From Candidatus Latescibacterota bacterium (GTDB lineage Bacteria > Latescibacterota > UBA2968), in the NCBI GenBank assembly GCA_038279365.1, contig JAYODI010000067.1:20241-33018 (forward strand): a DNA stretch of 12,778 nt. Reading direction: 5' to 3'. The position numbers and the translations under genes were made by a program. Positions 1 to 5,731 of the stretch are shown piece by piece (the stretch's first letter is position 1; each line of letters begins with the position of its first letter). The notes beneath the pieces were generated by a model. It saw only the letters and a program-made list of their open reading frames with translations. It was not told where the DNA came from and searched no databases.

Positions 1-34
1 ACAGCCCCCTACTCTGAAGCACAAATGTGGATCA

Positions 35-475
35 CTACAAACGCCCAGGTCTATTGGCACGTTCATTTTGTTTGAGCAAGGTTTGTAGTGCTTTTTGTTG
101 GTTTTTGTCCAAAACAGATTTCAGTTGCCCGTCTACAGCCTTTTTTAAATCCTCCAATTCCTCTTTTACATCCTTCCAAGAACCGTGTTCTTGAGCAAGC
201 ACCAACCATTCTTGGCGTTTTTTCCAAGCATCTGTCATAATCACACGAATGACCTTTAGTTTATCATCGGGCACATCCATTCCAAGCGACAAAGCCGCCC
301 ACACTTCATCTACAGGAAAGGCACGCAAAGCCGCCATTTGATCTCTTACTTTTTCCATCCTTTCAGGATTGCCTCTCATTCCCCCCCCACGCCCCATCCC
401 ACCCCCAGGTTGGGCGTTTACCCCCACGCTTCCAGCCAAAAACACCAGTGCCAGCAATCCCATTCTTACTTTCAT
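35..475 (-). CDS. Secreted/periplasmic helical protein, Spy/CpxP-like (146 aa)
   Basis: N-terminal Sec signal (MKVRMGLLALVFLAGSVGVNA|Q), a Gly/Met/Arg-rich linker (QPGGGMGRGGGMRG) and charged amphipathic helices. The C-terminal VLDKNQQ resembles the LTxxQ motif of Spy/CpxP proteins. SD-like AGGGGG lies 5 nt before the ATG. The ORF is well supported; the family call is tentative. Confidence 0.65.
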   Translation of the reverse strand: MKVRMGLLALVFLAGSVGVNAQPGGGMGRGGGMRGNPERMEKVRDQMAALRAFPVDEVWAALSLGMDVPDDKLKVIRVIMTDAWKKRQEWLVLAQEHGSWKDVKEELEDLKKAVDGQLKSVLDKNQQKALQTLLKQNERANRPGRL

Positions 476-645
476 AAAATCCCCCTAAAAAATAGCCCAT
501 ATAAAAAAAGCAGATATTTCTTAGATGACACAATTTCTCTATTCGTTCCCTTATAACCAAAAAAAATCACCTTAAAAAGGTGTTTTGTGTAATTTTAACA
601 TTGGACATGCCAAATACATCTTATCAAAATTTAGGATCAGCATAA

Positions 646-900
646 ATGAACTTCAATATTGATGCTTCCGCGTCAGAAATGCGTGAAAAACTCAAACAAG
701 CCAAACAAATACAAGTGCGTCGCACACAAGGAGAAACCGCGGTCTTGGCAGATGGCGAAACCATTGGCCTCCTCACCTCGGTGCGCATTCGCCGCTCGCC
801 ATCGGGAGAAGTGCGCGGTTTCTTTGAGTTTTGGGGCGGGCAAATGGTCGAACGCGCCATCGATCACGTAGACATTCACCTCACACACATTGAGGGGTAA
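646..900 (+). CDS. Hypothetical protein (84 aa), probably beta-rich
   Basis: ATG preceded by AGGA (633-636). Protein-like composition. Its TAA (898-900) directly abuts the next ATG (901). No family recognised. Confidence 0.7.
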   Translation: MNFNIDASASEMREKLKQAKQIQVRRTQGETAVLADGETIGLLTSVRIRRSPSGEVRGFFEFWGGQMVERAIDHVDIHLTHIEG

Positions 901-1539
901 ATGGCACACCATCACGATGCAGAATGGACCCACAAATATCCCAAACCACCCTCCTTGGCCGAGCTCGGTTTGGAAGGCCCCGAATCAAATACCAAACGCA
1001 AATCGGGCGCAGACCTCACCAAACCCAAAAAGTTTCGGTTTCAACTCTTGCACGATTGGCTCACCAGCACCTTTGCCCCTTGTCGCGTGGCGGATATTGG
1101 CGGTGCCAAAGGTTTGCTCGCTTACATGCTTCAGAAAAGTGGGTGGCAAGCCACCGTCATTGACCCACACCCGCAACCCCTACCCACCAAATACAAAGAC
1201 CTCTCCACGGGCAAACGCGTCATCCTCACAGAACAAGACAGCGTGCCCAATATTCCCCAAGCCTTCCAACCCGAAATGGCGCAAGACTTTGACCTGCTCT
1301 TAGGCCTTCATGCCCACGGAAGCAATCTTCACATTGTCAACAGTGCCGCCCAATATGGCTGTCACTTTGTTCTTTTGCCATGTTGTGTCATTGACGAACC
1401 CGCAACACCCCCACACGGTGTTCATTGGTTGCCGTGGTTGGTAAACGAAGCCAAAAAGAAAACCTTTGAAACCACATACTTCAAACTCAATTTCAAAGGC
1501 CAGAACATTGGGTTTTATGGCAAAAGTAACACCCATTAG
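901..1539 (+). CDS. Class I SAM-dependent methyltransferase-like protein (212 aa), Methyltransf_32-like motif pattern
   Basis: Motif I VADIGGAKGLLAY, acidic beta-2 end VIDP, then DLLLGLHAHG and VLLPCC, which resemble the GLHACG...PCC signature. Substrate unknown. Confidence 0.75.
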   Translation: MAHHHDAEWTHKYPKPPSLAELGLEGPESNTKRKSGADLTKPKKFRFQLLHDWLTSTFAPCRVADIGGAKGLLAYMLQKSGWQATVIDPHPQPLPTKYKDLSTGKRVILTEQDSVPNIPQAFQPEMAQDFDLLLGLHAHGSNLHIVNSAAQYGCHFVLLPCCVIDEPATPPHGVHWLPWLVNEAKKKTFETTYFKLNFKGQNIGFYGKSNTH

Positions 1540-1697
1540 AAACCCATTGTCAATCGCTAACAGCTTCCACCACAACTTGGTAACATATTACACATTCTGA
1601 TGCTTCAACATTTAAGATTTAATTTTTAATAAAAAATTATTTTTGTAAGCAAATTTTTGAGCCTCTTAAATTCTCAAACCCGCTTGTCTCACCCCAT

Positions 1698-2762
1698 CTA
1701 CTCTTCCTCAATTTCCACCAATTCAACTTCATCTTCAAAAAATTCAACATCTTCCTCTACTTTTTGCCATTTAAATACACGATAGACGTACCAAAATGAA
1801 GGAAGCAAGATCAATAGTCCAAGACCCAAAATAATCGTAACCCGTTGCAAAACCTCATCGGGTGCAGCGGCATTTTCAAATTTCAAATCGGGTGCCACCA
1901 CATATGGGAAAAAAGCCATTCCCCACCCCAAAATCATGAGCACGGATTGTGATACGGCCAAAACACGAGCGGCTCCATACCAACGCAACCACAATGCACA
2001 CAATGCGGCAGTGGCGATCATCCCAGTAACCCCCTGAAAAGGAATCGACCACACGCGGTGCCACAACCCCTCCCGAATCAGTGGTGCACCTTCTGCCGAC
2101 AGTGCAAAACTCACCCACGCCAGTACAAAAACGCCCACGCCAGCAATTAAGGCTCGCGTTCTAAAATCTTCTTTTAACGACACATCGTCCGTTTCATGTA
2201 TCAAATACACAGCGGCCAAAAACGCGAACAAAGCCAAAATCAAAAATCCCACCATGAAAGGAAAAGGTGCCCACCACCCTGAATAAGTATCGGAAACAAC
2301 AAGCCCCGTATGCACCTGTACACGAATCTGACCCGACGAAACACCTCCAATACATACTCCCACACCCACGGCCACCACCATGCTTGAAATGGCAAACAGA
2401 ATACGCCAAAACTCATGCACCCATTCACTTTGAATCACATAAGCCCGCATTAAAAAGGCCATTCCGCGCAACAACAATCCCACCACCACCACCATAAGCG
2501 GTATAAACAGCGACACATAAACCGCGTGAAAAGCCAAAGGAAACGCCACATACAACAAGGCGACCACCAACACCAACCAAATGTGATGCACCTCCCAAAT
2601 TGGTGCAATGGCTTTCACGATCACCACGCGTTGCTGGTCTTTACGCTCGCCCGTTGCAAACAGATCCCATACGCCCACACCAAAATCTGCACCACCAGAA
2701 ATGGCGTAAACAATCAGCGCACCCAACATGGCAACACCAATCCAAATTTCATACGGGAACAT
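1698..2762 (-). CDS. cydB: Cytochrome bd ubiquinol oxidase subunit II (354 aa)
   Basis: About 8-9 hydrophobic segments. CydB motifs YAISGGADFGVG, IAPIWEVHHIWL, AFP.AF, LLLRG and FPYVVAPDL...AA. Strong SD GAAGGAG 7 nt before the ATG. Confidence 0.9.
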   Translation of the reverse strand: MFPYEIWIGVAMLGALIVYAISGGADFGVGVWDLFATGERKDQQRVVIVKAIAPIWEVHHIWLVLVVALLYVAFPLAFHAVYVSLFIPLMVVVVGLLLRGMAFLMRAYVIQSEWVHEFWRILFAISSMVVAVGVGVCIGGVSSGQIRVQVHTGLVVSDTYSGWWAPFPFMVGFLILALFAFLAAVYLIHETDDVSLKEDFRTRALIAGVGVFVLAWVSFALSAEGAPLIREGLWHRVWSIPFQGVTGMIATAALCALWLRWYGAARVLAVSQSVLMILGWGMAFFPYVVAPDLKFENAAAPDEVLQRVTIILGLGLLILLPSFWYVYRVFKWQKVEEDVEFFEDEVELVEIEEE

Positions 2763-2860
2763 AGAAAATCTCCTTCAAAGACACTTAAACAATACCTCAT
2801 AATGGACAACAAGATCAATATACAATTTAAATGATACAACAAAAAGAACACATTTATACA

Positions 2861-2907
2861 AAATAAAAACGCTTTGGCAACGTTCATACGTTCGATAACC
2901 AAAGCGT
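2861..2907 (-). terminator. Intrinsic terminator after the GWxTD-lipoprotein unit
   Basis: Perfect 9-bp inverted repeat ACGCTTTGG (2869-2877) / CCAAAGCGT (2899-2907) with an inner AACGT/ACGTT stem (2879-2883 / 2888-2892). On the minus strand it is followed by TTTTATTTT and begins about 18 nt after the lipoprotein stop. Confidence 0.75.
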
Positions 2908-2925
2908 CCACAAACAAACATCCTC

Positions 2926-3333
2926 CTACAACCCTTCACCCGTATGCAGTTTATAATAATCTCCCGGAGGTGGCCCACCTCGCCCAGAAATATATGCCAA
3001 CCTCATCTCAGTGGCCGTATGTGACAGTGTTCGCACCGTTATAACAATCTGTTCACCACTGAGGTAATCTACGCGAATGGTATGCGTTGTAAAAACGAGA
3101 TTCTCTGCACCACTTGCCCCCCCTTCCGAGCGTAGAACGGTATAAACCCCCACCTGAACATCGTTTTCGAAATAACGCCCTTTATCAAGAAACGAAATAC
3201 GCTTAATCGGAGCCGTCACATTTTGTGCGCCCCACACGCCAAATAAGTGTGACTTCTCTTTGCTGGAAAACGGGTTCGAACAGCCCCCCAATAGGCCAAA
3301 CACAAGAAAACAAAACATTGTTTTATTGAACAT
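2926..3333 (-). CDS. Small lipoprotein (135 aa), possibly lipocalin-like beta-barrel
   Basis: Start moved from 3381 to the ATG at 3333, which has SD GGAGAG 5 nt upstream and removes the overlap with the upstream gene. Type II signal MFNKTMFCFLVFG-LLGG|C. LFGVW...ISFLDKGRY...GVYTV resembles the LxGxW pattern of lipocalin-like domains (tentative). Confidence 0.75.
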   Translation of the reverse strand: MFNKTMFCFLVFGLLGGCSNPFSSKEKSHLFGVWGAQNVTAPIKRISFLDKGRYFENDVQVGVYTVLRSEGGASGAENLVFTTHTIRVDYLSGEQIVITVRTLSHTATEMRLAYISGRGGPPPGDYYKLHTGEGL

Positions 3334-3356
3334 ACACGCTCTCCAAACAAACGCGT

Positions 3357-5714
3357 TTATTGAGAAGATGCCCCCACCCAAAACAAAGCACTTTGTGACA
3401 CTGTTTTGTGTCCATTCAAATCGGTAATGGTCACCACCACCTCTTTCAAACCCGGCTTGAGTTTTTTTGTTTCCAACTCAAAAAATATCGGTTCATTCGC
3501 CACACTTCCCGAACGTTCATACCCCACCCGAAACTCAGGTTCCTGACGTGCCTGAAAAAAACGTTTCAACCCACTCGCCATTACCCCCACCACACCCCGA
3601 CCATTTTGAATGTTTTCCCGAATCGTATAATCCACACGGTATTTCGCTTGCCCAAACGCGTCTAAGGTCAAATTGTAAACTTCATAATACAAATGCACGT
3701 CACGGCCTTCATACCGACGTGTTGGCTCGGGTACCACCCACACATCTCCTTTTCTAAATTTTTTGGCTTGTGGTTTTTCACTTACATCCCACGCCATTTC
3801 AATGTCACTCAGTGCCAACGTATCGGCAAAAGAGGGAATCTCCACCACTTGCTGATACAAATTCCATTTCCCCGACAATTGATCAATCAACTTCACACCC
3901 AATGTATAACGCCCCGGTAGAGCTGAGATATGGGCCACATCCACAAACAAACCCGGCAAAGCATCCACATCGGCACGCGCCTGAAACGTGCGTTCATCAC
4001 GCGTCTGAGAAATAGCATCTCCCGCTTCATTGGCCAAAATTAAATTGTGGGCCAATTTCAATTGTATAAAATCACCAATGCGGTTGGATTGAATGTGTTC
4101 GGGTGGAATCCCAAAATACACCTCCAACTGAGGCTGCCCGTCTGCCCCGCGAAAACTGGCCACATCATAATAAAAATCCAACACCGCAACACCCGGTGGC
4201 ACCGTAAACTTTTCGGGAACAGACGAAGAAATACTCATAAATGCAACCGCAGGCTGTGTGTTGTTCACTTCAGTAATCAACTGAAGATTTTCCAATGTCG
4301 CGGGCACCAACGGGAAATCCCATTTGCCACTCATAAACCGATCTGTAAACGTAAATTCCATCCCATTTCCAACCTCCAAATACACCCAAGACTCCCACGG
4401 CATAAGCGTATTTCCACTTTGATCGCGATCAATCAATGCCGCAGGCTCAATACCTTGTTGCATCCCCAATGGCAAATTGAGGCGTATCATCCCACCTGGT
4501 GTTTCCACTTCCCAAACCCAACGGTCCAAATCCCCAGCAACAACATCACCGAGGTCTGGCCGACTTCCCGGAAGATAAACGTTATCAGGATACATAACTG
4601 GCAACTGCCTGCCATCATAGTTCCTCCCCCGCAACTCTGCAATTTGATCAATCTTGTGTAACTTAAACTGTTGAACCGCCACACTGGGTATTTCATTTTC
4701 TCGCCCCGAGCGCGACCGATAATCGGGTTCACCGTAGCGGATATACACCTCACCCCGTTTGTCCCACGGTTTTTGATGCCGACCAAAATAATTTTTTGCG
4801 TACCACACCCGCCGATAATGTTCTGCTCGCCGAGCATCGCCGCCCAACATCGCCGCTCCTGAGCGGGTGCGCCAAAACTGTTTAAATGTCTCTTCTCGCG
4901 CACTGGCAGGTGCAGATGCCAAGGCTTGGATCTCTGCCTTTGTTGCCACCAAAGACAAGTCGGCATAATCTCTGCGTTCCGACTTGCTCACCGATTCAAA
5001 GAACTGTTCAAACAAAACCAACGCACGTGCCGAGTTCCCGCGTACAGCCTCGGCTTGTGCCATCATGGGCAACCAACTCAAATCATCTGTAAAACGCTGT
5101 GCCGCCCGTTCGGCCAAGCGATACACTTTTTCGTATTGATGTTGTTCCACATAAATAAGGGCCAAATGATAATATCCCATCGCATCATCTGGCCACCGCA
5201 CAATATATTGTTGGCACAGTTGCACCAATTCATCTTCCCAATCCAACTGTGCATTTTCATACCACAAAATCAATTCCCGATACGCCACCGCAAGCGTTGG
5301 GTCCATCTCAATGGCCCGACGATAAGCCGCTTCGGCATCTTGGCTGCGCAGTTTGCTATGCAAACGGGCCATTTCCAATTGGGCCGGCGCATAATTTCCA
5401 TCAACGCCCAAAGCCATCCTAAAAGTTTGAAAAGCACGTTGTGTAAGCCCGTTACCTCGCACCGCATAAACCTGCCCCAAACCGGTATATGCCTTTGCAG
5501 ATTTCTCTATCTGCAAAGCCTTTTGAAAGGCCGCCTCAGCACCATCCAAATCTTCCCGTTGCAACAACACGTGTCCCAAACGCAACCACGCGAAATCACT
5601 GTCTGGATAATCAACCACACTTCTTTTAAATAAATCCAAAGAATCACGTTGTGCCCCAATGTCAGACACACACAACAACACCATCACGAACAATAATCTG
5701 TGATAGAAATACAT
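3357..5714 (-). CDS. Secreted TPR-repeat + GWxTD-domain protein, paralog 2 (about 785 aa)
   Basis: Signal peptide MYFYHRLLFVMVLLCVSDIGA|Q and TPR repeats (AWLRLGHVLLQREDLDGAEAAFQKALQI etc.). GWxTD-family block FW...EHYRRVWYAKNYFG....PWDKRGEVYIRYGEPD, later WESWVY...FTD, then a beta-rich C-terminal half (YYEVYNL, LKPG). The ATG at 5714 with GGGGG upstream is preferred; TTG at 5735 is the alternative. Confidence 0.85.
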   Translation of the reverse strand: MYFYHRLLFVMVLLCVSDIGAQRDSLDLFKRSVVDYPDSDFAWLRLGHVLLQREDLDGAEAAFQKALQIEKSAKAYTGLGQVYAVRGNGLTQRAFQTFRMALGVDGNYAPAQLEMARLHSKLRSQDAEAAYRRAIEMDPTLAVAYRELILWYENAQLDWEDELVQLCQQYIVRWPDDAMGYYHLALIYVEQHQYEKVYRLAERAAQRFTDDLSWLPMMAQAEAVRGNSARALVLFEQFFESVSKSERRDYADLSLVATKAEIQALASAPASAREETFKQFWRTRSGAAMLGGDARRAEHYRRVWYAKNYFGRHQKPWDKRGEVYIRYGEPDYRSRSGRENEIPSVAVQQFKLHKIDQIAELRGRNYDGRQLPVMYPDNVYLPGSRPDLGDVVAGDLDRWVWEVETPGGMIRLNLPLGMQQGIEPAALIDRDQSGNTLMPWESWVYLEVGNGMEFTFTDRFMSGKWDFPLVPATLENLQLITEVNNTQPAVAFMSISSSVPEKFTVPPGVAVLDFYYDVASFRGADGQPQLEVYFGIPPEHIQSNRIGDFIQLKLAHNLILANEAGDAISQTRDERTFQARADVDALPGLFVDVAHISALPGRYTLGVKLIDQLSGKWNLYQQVVEIPSFADTLALSDIEMAWDVSEKPQAKKFRKGDVWVVPEPTRRYEGRDVHLYYEVYNLTLDAFGQAKYRVDYTIRENIQNGRGVVGVMASGLKRFFQARQEPEFRVGYERSGSVANEPIFFELETKKLKPGLKEVVVTITDLNGHKTVSQSALFWVGASSQ

Positions 5715-5731
5715 TCCGCCCCCAGTCGATA

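Noticed and set aside
598..613. TTGG-ACATG-CCAA palindrome, sigma54-like on the minus strand (TGGCATG-N4-ATGT)
   Set aside because: It lacks the essential -12 GC, and the arms are only 4 bp.
1575..1640. GTAACATATTAC and TAATTTTT-AATA-AAAAATTA palindromes between convergent genes, considered as a dif site or terminator
   Set aside because: Poor match to the XerC/XerD arms. AT-only stems are expected by chance in this AT-rich spacer.
2776..2860. Rex or FNR operator upstream of cydB
   Set aside because: Only a lone TTGAT half-site; no TTGTGAA-N4-TTCACAA or TTGAT-N4-ATCAA palindrome.
3334..3381. Longer N-terminus of the lipoprotein given in the ORF track
   Set aside because: It overlaps the upstream gene. 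The ATG at 3333 has an SD and gives a normal-length lipoprotein signal.
4738..4769. 31/32-nt match to 7302-7333, considered as a DGR template/variable repeat or gene-conversion tract
   Set aside because: It encodes the most conserved motif (PWDKRGEVYIR) of two paralogs. The one mismatch is C/G rather than adenine-specific, and no reverse transcriptase is present.
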